Below are positions 1-12,085 of a stretch of 64,000 nucleotides of DNA, piece after piece. The position numbers were made by a program, and so were the translations under genes. Location: positions 372,001-436,000 of the forward strand of contig OZ037844.1 of assembly GCA_964035575.1 (NCBI GenBank), in the 5' to 3' direction. Position 1 is the stretch's first letter. The number at the start of each line of letters is the position of its first letter. The DNA comes from Rhynchopus sp. YZ270_cl-10 (taxonomy: Eukaryota). Under the pieces are notes generated by a model. It saw only the letters and a program-made list of their open reading frames with translations, made no database searches and had not been told where the DNA came from.

Positions 1-866
1 GCGAAACAGTCCTGCGTCGGGTGCATGGAGGAGTTCCACTCCCGGTGTTGTGCACAAAGACGACGCTGTTCTCGTAGGGCCTCTTCTCGCTGCGCAGCCC
101 ACAGCTTGCTGCGCTGCCAGAACCCTGCCCCTTTTGATACCATTTGCGGTTGACGCAGTGCTATTTGCCCCTTACGTTTCCTTTGTTGTGCTTTAAATTC
201 TTTCAAATCTTGCGCACGAAGCTCTGCAAGCGTATACCTCCTTCGCCTTGCTTGAACAGGAATTTCTGCCTCACTTTCATAATAGACTTCTTCAGAGATG
301 TGACTTTGTATCAAACTCGCGGAGCTCTTTCGCGACACAACAGTATTTCTTCGCTCCAACGTTGGCTCCGAAAGTGTTTCTTCAGTTTCAGTTGAAGGCA
401 CGATATCGGTGGTGGACGACACATCATCAGAGCTTGCTTCTGAGCGGAAAAGATTGTTGAATTCTGCACTGCTAATCACTCCGGGGTCGGCGGTATGGAG
501 GGTAGAGAGAAAATCGGGGGAAAGCTCAAAATCGCACACTGTTTTGCGTAGTCGTTCCGTCCTTACACCTGAGGTTCCCTCCGCACACAGCGCCGCAAAC
601 GCGGACGCAGTATTCGAGAGTGAATGCGCGACAACGTAACGCTCCTTGAGACACCCCATCACACCCAAACACTGCTCCAACGTCAGGCAGTGCCCCGTAC
701 GGTACCCAGCGTTTTCCAGAAGCTCTGCTAAGTCCGGGTCCGTCGGCGGCTGTGCACAAGCCTCATGTACCAACCGCCGAATCGACGAAAAATCACGCAA
801 CCCACCACTCCCATCATATTTCTCCTTCAATCGAAATACGTCCGACGCTGTTAAAAGAACGGACAT
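1..866 (-). CDS. Hypothetical protein with a possible degenerate EF-hand; 3' end runs off the window
   Basis: Manual translation from ATG at 866 (MSVLLTASDVFRLKEKYDG...) is open to position 1, so it is missing from the ORF track. Contains TADPGVISSAEFNNLF. A pyrimidine-rich leader lies upstream on the minus strand. Confidence 0.7.
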   Translation of the reverse strand, partial: MSVLLTASDVFRLKEKYDGSGGLRDFSSIRRLVHEACAQPPTDPDLAELLENAGYRTGHCLTLEQCLGVMGCLKERYVVAHSLSNTASAFAALCAEGTSGVRTERLRKTVCDFELSPDFLSTLHTADPGVISSAEFNNLFRSEASSDDVSSTTDIVPSTETEETLSEPTLERRNTVVSRKSSASLIQSHISEEVYYESEAEIPVQARRRRYTLAELRAQDLKEFKAQQRKRKGQIALRQPQMVSKGAGFWQRSKLWAAQREEALREQRRLCAQHREWNSSMHPTQDCF

Positions 867-2517
867 CAGAGAGAGAGAGGTAAGGGGAAGGCTGTAAAGG
901 GAGAGTATGCTTGAGGAAGGTTAAGGGATTTGGAAGGGAGTTGATTAAAAGTTTGTAAAACGAAAAATTGGTTGGTTCTCTGTATTGCTCTGGCTCTTGT
1001 TTTTTTTTGCCGAAAAAAGCATTTTAGATGTTAACTGCAAAAGATTGGATTGGATTTGGAAGGGAGTTGGGAAAAAAATAGGAGTGGGGATTGGTATACT
1101 ATTCTTTTTGTTGGATCTCCAAAAAAAGAAACTTTTTTTTTTGTAAAAAAAAACAGGGGGGAAAACTAAAAAATTGCCGTTTTTTTTGTCCAAATTTACT
1201 GCTTTTTTGGGGGGTTTTTTTATACGTTCATTTTTTTTTATACGTTTTTATTCGTTTCACTTTTATTTTGAAAAAATTTTGTTGGAAATAGTGTAGTTGC
1301 CTCGGTTGTGTTGCCACAGTTGGTGCAATCTCCACTGTATGTATTTTTCTTTGGTTGGGCCAGAATAGTGTTAGGAAGTTGTAAGTGCAAACGCCTCACC
1401 GTACACCAGACGCAGGCACTAGGGGGGAAAAAAAGAAAAGTTTTGTAAGATGATCCTAAGCCTCTCGTGCTTGATCACCTTAAATAAGACACGGTTGGAG
1501 AATGAGTGACCAATATATTGTGAAGAATGCTTCGTATTCACACTGTTTCGCCATCGTTGCTGTCTTTATTCTGCACAACGATCGCTTCTATGCAATTGAT
1601 GGTAAAACCATCATCTTTCCTCCAAAAAAAAATAATCAAAACACTTACACCTAAGGGCTTTTAGTGGATATAGCTTAGCTCTCCCCGAACACAAAACGGG
1701 GACACATTTTACAAGAAAACCAACACCCTCATCAGGGAATGGCAGAGAACGAGCCATAGAAGCTCGATGACTTAACAACACACCTCCATGCCTAGGGCCT
1801 TCCCTCCCAACTCCCGCTGCGCCCACACGGTAAAAAATGACCAAATTTCTCACAACCAATTAAAAACCAAAAAATGGCATCGTAGACAATGTTATTTTTT
1901 TTCGAAAAAGATAATAAAACGGAGACAAAAAATAAAACGGTAGAGGGATCCCAAGCCTCACCGAACTTAGTCACATAAAAAAGAGGTTGAAAAGTGCTCA
2001 CGAGACACCGGACACAGACTGGTTCTTCGGGTTATTATACCCCCACAGAGACATGACCGAAAAAGAAAAAGGACATTTGAAAGATGAAAAATATGCCTCT
2101 CGTGCACAACCCTACTGAATATACGGGGAGGAACAGAGTTAGAGCAAAGCCCTGAATCAGACTTTAACTGGTGTGGCCGACGACCCCAAAAATAGCAGAA
2201 AATAGCACCCCCCGTTCAGCCACACCATTAACTGCTCTCAGGATAAAAAGGGGGAAGTTGAATATATGCCCGCACATCGTTAAAAGAAGAAAAAGAAAAA
2301 CACCATTTGGTTTTTGCGACATTTTTGAAACACTGCACAGCACCCATTTTTCCGGCAGGTGGGTTGTCAACACACTCAATTGTCATATGATTCCAACAGA
2401 AAAATGGAAATGGCGAGAGAGACGGCCCCTCGCGTATCACTCAATGTGCCTCGTTGCGTACATCAACGTTGCGTCCCCTGCTTTGGTGTAGATGCCTGAT
2501 GAATGGGTTGAAGGACC

Positions 2518-4973
2518 CTAATATTGGTTCCATGGCCGTCTTGGTGCATTTGCAAGTCTCTCGCTTGCCCGTTGGACGTTGGGATCACTCAGGAACGGCT
2601 CAAAATTAGTTTGCCGTGCCGTTCTCGCCCCTGATGGATGGTCATCTGTGAACAAAAAATAATGTTGGGTCAAATGGTGGGTGAGTAAAATAGCAAGGTG
2701 TGTTGTGTGTGCCAAAAGAAGAAAACGGTGTTCGTTGTTAGAGGAAAGCTTCATCATAAGGTACAAAAGAACTGTCTTTTCAATGCTTTGGAATATTGAT
2801 GAGAAAAATTGGAGAGAGAAAAGAGTTGGTACTATAGTCTCACCAGTCACACAATCGTTGCCGTGCATCTGCTGGATAATATCTCAAAAAAGGACATACA
2901 AGGCGAATGGCGAGGTGGCGGTGTTGTGAACAGCGGGGCGTGAAACGAATACGGCTGTGCTGGTTGCGCTGTCGGCAGCGCTGCCTGCGGCTGGTATACC
3001 TCACGAGGGAGGTCGTGCTGTCCCCGCCGTGCCAAGTATTCAACGCTCCCCGCCCTGGATTCTCGGCGCGTCGCTACATCTATCTCTCTTTGCTTCATCA
3101 ATGCCGCTATTTCACGCCTCCGGACCTCGTCCTCGTCACGTTGACGTCTTGCTTCACGCTCCCGTTGTTCACGCTGACGTCTTGCTTCCTCTTCACGTTC
3201 ACGCTCCCGCTGTTCCCACTCACGATCGCGTTGGCGTCTTGCTTCCTCTGCACGCATTTTTGCGTCCGCCTCGTCGCGCTGCCGCTGCAACGATGACTCC
3301 TTCATCTTGGCGATCTCTCTGTCCACATCCCAGCTATACGAAGTGGACCCCCTCGCCGGCGAAGCGCCCCCTGCTGCTGACGCTACCACTGCCGCTGTCG
3401 ATGACGTCGACGCATACCTCCCTGCGTACCCCCCTGCTGGCACCCTCGCCGTCCGCGCCCCTGACAGCCGCGGACTCTGCACATTGCCTTTCACATTCGC
3501 AAAGAGACGGTTCTGGGAGTACTTATCCCCCGTCGGCGCCTCCTCCCTTTTCCTGATCTCCTCTGTGCGCAGCTTGGGTATAGATGTGGGTACGGATGTG
3601 GGGACCTTCGGCTCGACTTCCTGCTTCACTTCTGCCAGATCCTTTGTTTTGACCGGCGGGATGATGTGCCGTGGGCTGGGCGACGCTGTCTTTAATGCAC
3701 TCTTCAATGCAGATGGGTAGCGCGGGCTGGACTCCTCCAAGCTCTTCTGGAGCGCTTCATGCAACACAAAGTTATCTGTCGCCTCATCATCAGCAGAGAG
3801 CGGCACGACTGGGTACCCCAAAGGGTCCGCTTTGACAGAAACCACCGCACGCTTCGCAAGAATTTCCTCTGTAATTTGCGCCGCCTCAATTTGCTGTGCC
3901 GTCGGAGGATCTGCCCCGGTGCGATAAAATAGCAGACAAGGCTGGTACATCCCTTGTTTAATGTGTTCCGAAACACCTGCCACATCATCTGACACAACTT
4001 TGACCACGTTGTCATCAATAAAAACCCAGACACATTCCCCGGTATGATAAAAGTAGGAAACATAGTGGCAGCCTTTGTAATAACAGATTATTCCAACTAA
4101 GTCTGCGAAGGCGCGCTCTGGAGGAAGCGAGGCGAAGGTGGGGTGGTGGTTGAGCGAGGCCTTCTCGAAGAGAAGGTCCGCTATGCGAGAGAGGTCCTTC
4201 TTCGGCGCGGTGACAGAATTCCACACCAAACCGATGGAAACCACCTTCGGCAGCGAAAGCACCTCATCCCACACCCGCGCACCCCCACCACACACCTCAT
4301 CCACGCAATTTGACGTCTCGCAATACGTTTTCTGAAATGCCTGCAAATATTTTATGCGCGATTCTTCCATATCCGTCAGCTCTGCACGAAACAAGCATGA
4401 CGACGGAAGATATGTAACATATGACCAGTAACTCCGTTTTGGCGCTTCTTTGCCGCATTTTTTGCATGCAGAGCACTTAGCGATGCAGACCCCAAGGAGG
4501 GTGTGAAGCCAGCAGTGGTCACGGAGACATGCTGCGTCTCTGTCTGTGGTGTCAACAGTTCCGGTTCGGTTTGCGGTGTGCAGACGTTCTAGAAGGGCTT
4601 CGTAGACTTCTGTAGCATCGCTCATCCCACCCACATTGAATGTCGTGCACCGTTCAATCTCCGAAGAAGCATCTACTGCAAGCGACGAACGTAACGCACG
4701 TCCTCTCGACGCAGACCGTTTATTTGCCTCTCGAAACACCGAAGCGGTCGCGCAAAACACACAATCCTTGTCCACCCCACTGCACCCCCCCCTCAAATGC
4801 CCCGCCAGCGCGTCCAACAACGCCGTCGAAAATTCTGGGATCTGATCTAAAGCCTGCAGCACGACATTCAAGAAACAGTTGTTCTCCCCAGGGAGATTCG
4901 CGAGGCCTCTCACAGAGCTGGGGGGGACGGACTTTGCGCGGTCGGGGTATTTAGACACATACCCGCCAGACAT
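2518..4973 (-). CDS. Ubiquitin-specific protease (peptidase C19, USP53/54-like) with C-terminal coiled coil; 2 exons (4973-2900, 2645-2518)
   Basis: Cys box GLANLPGENNCFLNVVLQAL, His box GIICYYKGCHYVSYF...WVFIDD, CxxC zinc ribbons. A GT-AG intron joins in frame to YDHPSGARTARQ..., repeating the SGARTAR motif of exon 1. Confidence 0.85.
2646..2899 (-). other. Predicted spliceosomal intron (254 bp) of the USP gene
   Basis: GTATGT donor, TTTTTGTTCACAG acceptor; the phase-1 join keeps the frame. Confidence 0.7.
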
Positions 4974-6334
4974 TGTAGAGGGGTATAGGAAGAGGAGGAG
5001 GAGGAGGGGGGGTTACAAAAAAAAAAAAGAAAACAAAATGTTTGAGGGGAGGGTTAGTGTATTGTGTGGGGTCTGTTGGAGGGGGGTTTTTGTCACGCAC
5101 TCCTACCTAAGCTGCTCTGCATGCGGGCAGTGAGGAGAAGGAACGGAAGTTAAATTTTTGCAAAATTGCAAAATGCAATGCGGTGTAGCTGTTGCAGGCT
5201 TTAGATCGCGGAAAGGCGAAAACTGCAGAGGAAACGCGACCACGAAGAGATGAGACCTGGTTGGTCTAAATTTATGACGTTTCGTGAGTTTCCAGATAGT
5301 AACTGGCATGAGGGGTCGTCATATTGTGAGTCGGGGAGATATTGTGCGTCAAGGGAAAGTCCCATCACCATCATGGTATGGAGACAAAAAATGTTGCAAA
5401 ATGTTTCAACGTGATGTGGTGGTTAACGCAAAAAGGGTTGGGGAATGAGTGTATCGGGGGGAGTGAGGGAAACGCTTCAGATCAGTTATTGAGAACGCAA
5501 CAAAATGGGTTGTTCGCATCCATGCGAAAAAGAAAAACAAGATTTGATGTGGCAAAAAATATACACTTTTGCGAACTTCTAGTGTAGGTAGAAGAGCTGG
5601 TTTCAGCCACACCAAAGATGACGAAAAAAAAAAAAAAATGAAAGCCTTGATGAACTTAAGCCTCTTGTGCTTCATCCTTCATCCTAAACGAAAAATCGTA
5701 CAGCATCAGCTTGGACGACTTCGCACAAACGGGGTTTTGTGTACAGCGTCATTTTATCCCTGAAGCAAAATGACCAGAAGCAGAGTCTTGCTTTCCCACA
5801 AGAAATGAATAATATTATATTGATACAACAGTTACAACATGACACCATCGGATGGCACAAACAAGATAAAAGAAATAATGTCAGAATGTGCTGTCTCATA
5901 CACAGACTCTTAGGATTAGTCGATCACTCGATGTGATTACCGAGCCTCGACACAAAACGATCTGTGAACAGTGTACCCCCCAAAGCATGTAGCGCATATA
6001 GGCTGGATTCTGAGAAACTTTTTCTTTTGTACTGTGAATGTACCTCGCAGAGCATTAGGCACGTCACCTCCGAGTCCTCCACTGCACGCAGGGGTTCCTT
6101 CCACGGTATCTCATCCCCAAGAGAGCTAAGACATTCGTCTGCTCTGGTGGCTGTTCGAAATTAGACCCCTCAACTTCGTGTAGATGCGTCCGCCGCAAAA
6201 TTGTGTCCTAGTATAATATATAACAACGTTTCCTCAAATATTTAGACGCTGTTTTAGCGAGCCTTTCCTCGGGTTTTCATAGCATTTCCAGGGTGCAGCC
6301 ATGACACGATATGTGGACGTCCAAAAAAATATAT

Positions 6335-6890
6335 TTATTTCTTTTCTGGCACAGCCTTGGCGTACGGTGACAAGGCTTGCTCTGCCTCTCGCCGTAACTC
6401 AGACGGGTCACGTTCCCACTCTTGCGCCTGTTTTGATTTTTAAAATAAATTTTGCGTGATTCATTTCCCACATACCTTCATATCTTTCCTTTCAAATGGA
6501 TCCTCAGACGAAGTTGCTCCCCAGTCTTTAGCCATGAAGTGCTTTGTGTTTATTGAGTCAAAGAGCTCCTTTTGTGCTGAGGCACGTTGCAGCTCCACGG
6601 CACGTACCAGGTCTGAACGTGCATCGGCGCTTGCATCATGGGCGTCAGGGGAAGCTAGGTTGAGGTTGCGCACACTTGACTCATATTCTTCGTACGTCTC
6701 GCACTCACCCCCAAACGACGGAGTGTAGTATGGGTTACCATGTGTCCACTCTAAATGCGTCCTTTCGCGCTCCCCAAGCCGACACCACCTCCGCCTTGCC
6801 TCGAGCAGATCCCCTTCAGTGTACTCTCTGACCGCCTTCGCAATCGTCCGCTTCATTGTTCTGTACTCATGTACGTCAGTACTATCTCTT
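6335..6890 (-). pseudogene. 5'-truncated gene fragment of unknown product
   Basis: Protein-like ORF (…MKRTIAKAVREYTEGDLL…FERKDMK) ends at an AAG|GTATGT donor-like site. Its 5' side is replaced by the ankyrin-array spacer. About 6707-6865 is duplicated at about 14688-14845. Confidence 0.35.
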
Positions 6891-7411
6891 CTGCCTTGGG
6901 GGTGACTGTGTAGAAGTGCTCCAAACACTCCACTCTGGGTGTCAATTGAGGTGTATGGGGAGAGGGAGGGGGAGGAAAAGAGGAAGTGGTTGCTGCTGTC
7001 TGTTTTTGCATCGACGTTTGTCTAGGTTTTGTTTCTGGGTTTTGCTTTTTCTTTGGGGGGGGACGTTCGAGCGTTCCGTACCGTGAGGGAACGGAGGCGG
7101 TTTACAACCGCGGGAAAAGCACGCTACCGCTTTATCCCCAAGACTAAATGGCCCGCTATGATATTGCACGATAGTTTCGGGAGTGAGAGAAAGAAAACAT
7201 TGATAAAGAGATGACCCTAAGCCTTGCGTGCTTTGAAGCATGCTGGGGGTGTCTGCCTGCTCAAGGAGAACCTGCACTGCACACCACTGCTTGTTCTGTT
7301 CTGCATTCTTTCGTCGATGTTGAAATGCTCTTTCTTCACACATCCAGTGGAAGTGCTCGTACCCCATACTGCCGTAGACGCTGGCACGAGGGGCTTGACG
7401 CGTCCACAGCA

Positions 7412-9067
7412 TCATTCTTCTGCACCGTGCTTGAGGAGAACCTGCACCACATCTGTATGTTGTTTCTGCCTCGCATAGTGCAACGCAGTGTGGCCCCAAA
7501 TATCCCCGTGGATCACATCCACCTTGTTCAAGCCCACAAGATAGCGCACAGTCTCGGTGTGTCCAACATACGCCGCAACGATAAGACACGTGTACCCATC
7601 GTCGTCCACCACACACACATCTGCACCTGCTTCCACCAACATCTTCACAATTTTTAGTTCCCCACCCTCACAAGCCCAGTGAAGAGGTGTGCTTCCTCTA
7701 TCATCCTTTGCATCGATGTCTGCCCCTGCATCAATGAGCAACTTCGACACATCTGAGTGCTTCTTTAACACTGCGTGGTGCAGTGCAGTGTTGCAACTGC
7801 TATTTGACTGATTCACATCCACCTCAGGCATGCACAGAAGAGTACGCACAGTCTCGGTGTGTCCATTGTAAGCCGCAAGAATAAGACACGTCTCTCCTTC
7901 GTTGTCTGTGACACGCACTCCTGCACCTGCTCTGACCAACACCTTCACAACACGCAGATTCCCAAACTCGCTCGCCGTTAGGAGTGGCGAACGTCCGTTA
8001 TTGTACGTTACCTCAATGTCTGCCCCTGCATCAAGGAGCACCTCCACCACATTTGCATCATTTTCATCAGCACAAGCTGCATGGAGCAGCGCAGTGCAGC
8101 CTTCATAAGCCTTGTGATCCACGTCGACCTGCAAACCCACAAGATAGTGCACAGTCTCGGTGTGTCCAAAATGCGCCGCATCGATAAGACATGTGTACCC
8201 GTTGTCATCCACCACACTCACGTCCGCACCTGCTTCCACCAACATCTCCACAACGTCGAGTCCCCCACCCTCACAAGCCCAGTGAAGAGGTGTGCTTCCT
8301 CTATCATCCTTTGCATCGATGTCTGCCCCTGCATCAATGAGCAACTTCGACACGGCTGAGTGCTTCGGTAACACTGAGTGGTGCAGTGCAGTGTTGCCCC
8401 TGTTATTTGACCGATTCACATCCACCTCAGGCATGCACACAAGAGTACGCACTGTCTCGGTGTGTCCAAAATAAGACGCAAGCATAAGACACGTGTCTCC
8501 GTAGTTGTCTGTGACACACACTGCCGCACCAGCTTCCACCAACATCTTCACAATGACGAACTTGCCCGAAATACTCGCCCTGAGCAGAGGCGAACGTCCC
8601 ATGTCGTCCTTTACCTCCATGTCTGCCCCTGCATCAATGAGGACCTGACACACTGCAGGGTCCTCCCACATGGCTGGACAGGGTCGATCTTCTTCTTCCT
8701 CCTGCCCGTGTGGGACAAACGCAACGTTGCTGCAGACTGACTTCCAATGCTGCAAGAGGACCTCCGTGCACGCAGTGTGGTCTGCGTGGATGCACTCACT
8801 CAGCAGCATCCCGAAGCCCATCTGCGTTGTCTCAACATACGGAAGAAGCAGTGCGAGGCATTCATCGTGGTTCCCTCTGCACGCCTCGTGCACAGCATTG
8901 AAGGCAACCGTTTTGCTGTCTGTGTCTGGGCTGAGCTTCTCAAGTCCCACCCGCACGGCAATCTTGTCGCCGTTCCTGGCAGCCTCCACCAAGACCGAGT
9001 CTGCAGAAGGCGTTCTTCTCTTTGGTGCCTTCTCGTCAGGTGTGCTGTCTGCGTGTTGCTTCGACAT
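7412..9067 (-). CDS. Ankyrin-repeat protein, copy 1 (constant N-terminus + 4 x 100-aa modules)
   Basis: 551-aa ORF with GxTPLHxA / LxxGADV ankyrin consensus; ends GAEE. Confidence 0.92.
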   Translation of the reverse strand: MSKQHADSTPDEKAPKRRTPSADSVLVEAARNGDKIAVRVGLEKLSPDTDSKTVAFNAVHEACRGNHDECLALLLPYVETTQMGFGMLLSECIHADHTACTEVLLQHWKSVCSNVAFVPHGQEEEEDRPCPAMWEDPAVCQVLIDAGADMEVKDDMGRSPLLRASISGKFVIVKMLVEAGAAVCVTDNYGDTCLMLASYFGHTETVRTLVCMPEVDVNRSNNRGNTALHHSVLPKHSAVSKLLIDAGADIDAKDDRGSTPLHWACEGGGLDVVEMLVEAGADVSVVDDNGYTCLIDAAHFGHTETVHYLVGLQVDVDHKAYEGCTALLHAACADENDANVVEVLLDAGADIEVTYNNGRSPLLTASEFGNLRVVKVLVRAGAGVRVTDNEGETCLILAAYNGHTETVRTLLCMPEVDVNQSNSSCNTALHHAVLKKHSDVSKLLIDAGADIDAKDDRGSTPLHWACEGGELKIVKMLVEAGADVCVVDDDGYTCLIVAAYVGHTETVRYLVGLNKVDVIHGDIWGHTALHYARQKQHTDVVQVLLKHGAEE

Positions 9068-9789
9068 GGTTTGTGAAAATGTTGATATTCAATGTTGTGT
9101 CTTTTGTGCTGTTTCTTTTAGTGGAGGTTGTGAGGTGAGTGGTGGGTGTGCCCACGTCAGGGCTGTCCCTTCTGCCTTGGGGGTGACTGTGTAGAAGTGC
9201 TCCAAACACTCCACTCTGGGTGTCAATTGAGGTGTATGGGGAGAGGGAGGGGGAGGAAAAGAGGAAGTGGTTGCTGCTGTCTGTTTTTGCATCGACGTTT
9301 GTCTAGGTTTTGTTTCTGGGTTTTGCTTTTTCTTTGGGGGGGGGGAGAGAGCGTGGTCCTCAATCAGACGGAGAAAAAGAAAGAGGAGTTGAAACGTACT
9401 CAAACAGCTCGGTCACGCTCATGCTGGGTTAGGGTGGGACGTTCGAGCGTTCCGTACCGTGAGAGAACGGAGGCGGTTCACAACCGCTGGAAAAGCACGC
9501 TACCGCTTTATACCCCCAAGGCTAAATGGCCCGCTATGATATTGCACGATAGTTTCGGGAGTGAGAGAAAGAAAACATTGATAAAAAGATGACCCTAAGC
9601 CTTGCGTGCTTTGAAGCATGCTGGGGGTGTCTGCCTGCTCAAGGAGAACCTGCACTGCACACCACTGCTTGGTCTGTTCTGCATTCTTTCGTCGATGTTG
9701 AAATGCTCTTTCTTCACACATCCAGTGGAAGTGCTCGTACCCCATACTGCCGTAGACGCTGGCACGAGGGGCTTGACGCGTCCACAGCA

Positions 9790-11457
9790 TCATTCTTCTG
9801 CACCGTGCTTGAGGAGAACCTGCTCCACATCTGTATGTTGTTTCTGCCTCGCATAGTGCAACGCAGTGTGGCCCCAAATATCCCCGTGGATCACATCCAC
9901 CTTGTTCAAGCCCACAAGATAGCGCACAGTCTCGGTGTGTCCAACATACGCCGCAACGATAAGACACGTGTACCCATCGTCGTCCACCACACACACATCT
10001 GCACCTGCTTCCACCAACATCTCCACAACGTCGAGTCCCCCACCCTCACAAGCCCAGTGAAGAGGTGTGCTTCCTCTATCATCCTTTGCATCGATGTCTG
10101 CCCCTGCATCAATGAGCAACTTCGACACATCTGAGTGCTTCTTTATCACTGCGTGGTGCAGTGCAGTGTTCCCTCTGCTATTTGACTGATTCACGTCCAC
10201 CTCAGGCATGCACAGAAGAGTACGCACAGTCTCGGTGTGTCCATTGTAAGACGCAAGAATAAGACACGTCTCTCCTTCGTTGTCTGTGACACACACTCCT
10301 GCACCTGCTTTGACCAACACCTTCACAACACGCAGATTCCCAAACTCGCTCGCCGTGAGGAGTAGTGAACGTCCGTTATTGTACGTTACCTCAATGTCTG
10401 CCCCTGCATCAATGAGCACCTCCACCACATCTGCATGGTGTTCATCAGCTGCATGGAGCAACGCAGTGCAGCCGTCATTATCCTTGTGATCCACGTCGAC
10501 CTGCAGCAAACCCACAAGATAGTACACAGTCTCGGTGTGTCCAAAATACGCCGCATCGATAAGACATGTGTACCCGTTGTCGTCCACCACACTCACGTCC
10601 GCACCTGCTTCCACCAACATCTCCACAATGTCGAGTTCCCCACCCTCACAAGCCCAGTGAAGAGGTGTCCTTCCTTTACCAGCTTTTGCATCGATGTCTG
10701 CCCCTGCATCAATGAGCAACTTCGACACGGCTGAGTGCTTCTTCAACACTGCGTGGTGCAATGCGGTGTTGCCACTGATATTTGACCGATTCACGTCCAC
10801 CTCAGGCATGCACAGAAGAGTACGCACCGTCTCGGTGTGTCCAAAATAAGACGCAAGCATAAGACATGTGTCTCCGTAGTTGTCTGTGACACACACTCCT
10901 GCACCTGCTTCAACCAACATCTTCACAATGACGACCTTGCCCGAAATACTCGCCCTGAGCAGAGGCGAACGTCCGCTCTCGTCCTTCACCCCGATGTCTG
11001 CCCCGGCATCAATGAGCACCTGACACACTGCAGGGTCCTTCCACATGGCTGGACAGGGACGAGGTGTGGTACTACCTTCGTTGTCTTCCTCTATCCCGTG
11101 TGGGACAAACGCAACGTTGCTGCAGACAGACTTCCAATGCTGCAAGAGGACCTCCGTGCACGCAGTGTGGTCTGCGTGGATGCACTCACTCAGCAGCATC
11201 CCGAAGCCCATCTGCGTTGTCTCAACATACGGAAGAAGCAGTGCGAGGCATTCATCGTGGTTCCCTCTGCATGCCTCGTGCACGGCATCGAAGGCAACCT
11301 TTTTGCTGTCTGTGTCTGGGCTGAGCTTCTCAAGTCCCGCCCGCACGGCAGTCGTGTCGCCGTTCCTGGCAGCCTCCACCAAGACCGAGTCTGCAGAAGG
11401 CGTTCTTCTCTTTGGTGCCTTCTCGTCAGGTGTGCTGTCTGCGTGTTGCTTCGACAT
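9790..11457 (-). CDS. Ankyrin-repeat protein, copy 2 (4 modules)
   Basis: 555-aa ORF; tandem duplicate of copy 1 including flanks (period about 2.4 kb). Confidence 0.92.
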   Translation of the reverse strand: MSKQHADSTPDEKAPKRRTPSADSVLVEAARNGDTTAVRAGLEKLSPDTDSKKVAFDAVHEACRGNHDECLALLLPYVETTQMGFGMLLSECIHADHTACTEVLLQHWKSVCSNVAFVPHGIEEDNEGSTTPRPCPAMWKDPAVCQVLIDAGADIGVKDESGRSPLLRASISGKVVIVKMLVEAGAGVCVTDNYGDTCLMLASYFGHTETVRTLLCMPEVDVNRSNISGNTALHHAVLKKHSAVSKLLIDAGADIDAKAGKGRTPLHWACEGGELDIVEMLVEAGADVSVVDDNGYTCLIDAAYFGHTETVYYLVGLLQVDVDHKDNDGCTALLHAADEHHADVVEVLIDAGADIEVTYNNGRSLLLTASEFGNLRVVKVLVKAGAGVCVTDNEGETCLILASYNGHTETVRTLLCMPEVDVNQSNSRGNTALHHAVIKKHSDVSKLLIDAGADIDAKDDRGSTPLHWACEGGGLDVVEMLVEAGADVCVVDDDGYTCLIVAAYVGHTETVRYLVGLNKVDVIHGDIWGHTALHYARQKQHTDVEQVLLKHGAEE

Positions 11458-12085
11458 GGTTTGTGAAGATGTTGATATTCAATGTTGTGTCTTTTGTGCT
11501 GTTTCTTTTAGTGGAGGTTGTGAGGTGAGTGGTGGGTGTGCCCACGTCAGGGCTGTCCCTTCTGCCTTGGGGGTGACTGTGTAGAAGTGCTCCAAACACT
11601 CCACTCTGGGTGTCAATTGAGGTGTATGGGGAGAGGGAGGGGGAGGAAAAGAGGAAGTGGTTGCTGCTGTCTGTTTTTGCATCGACGTTTGTCTAGGTTT
11701 TGTTTCTGGGTTTTGCTTTTTCTTTGGGGGGGGGGGAGAGCGTCGTCTTCAATCAGACGGAGAAAAAGAAAGAGGAGTTGAAACGTACTCAAACAGCTCG
11801 GTCACGCTCATGCTGGGTTAGGGTGGGACGTTCGAGCGTTCCGTACCGTGAGAGAACGGAGGCGGTTCACAACCGCTGGAAAAGCACGCTACCGCTTTAC
11901 CCCCGCACGATAGTTTCGGGAGTGAGAGAAAGAAAACATTGGTAAAAAGATGAACCTAAGCCTCGCTGGGGGTGTCTGCATGCTCAAGGAGAACCTGCAC
12001 TGCACACCACTGCTTGGTCTGTTCTGCATTCTTTCGTCGATGTTGAAATGCTGCATTCTTTCGTCGATGTTGAAATGCTCCTTCT

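Noticed and set aside
1447..1481. Group II intron domain V resemblance of the dispersed hairpin
   Set aside because: The geometry is similar, but there is no AGC/CGC catalytic triad and no other intron domains.
8670..9194. Recurrent plus-strand ORFs antisense to the ankyrin N-termini (MAGQG...)
   Set aside because: They are conserved only because the sense gene is duplicated; their ends vary and there is no independent coding signal.
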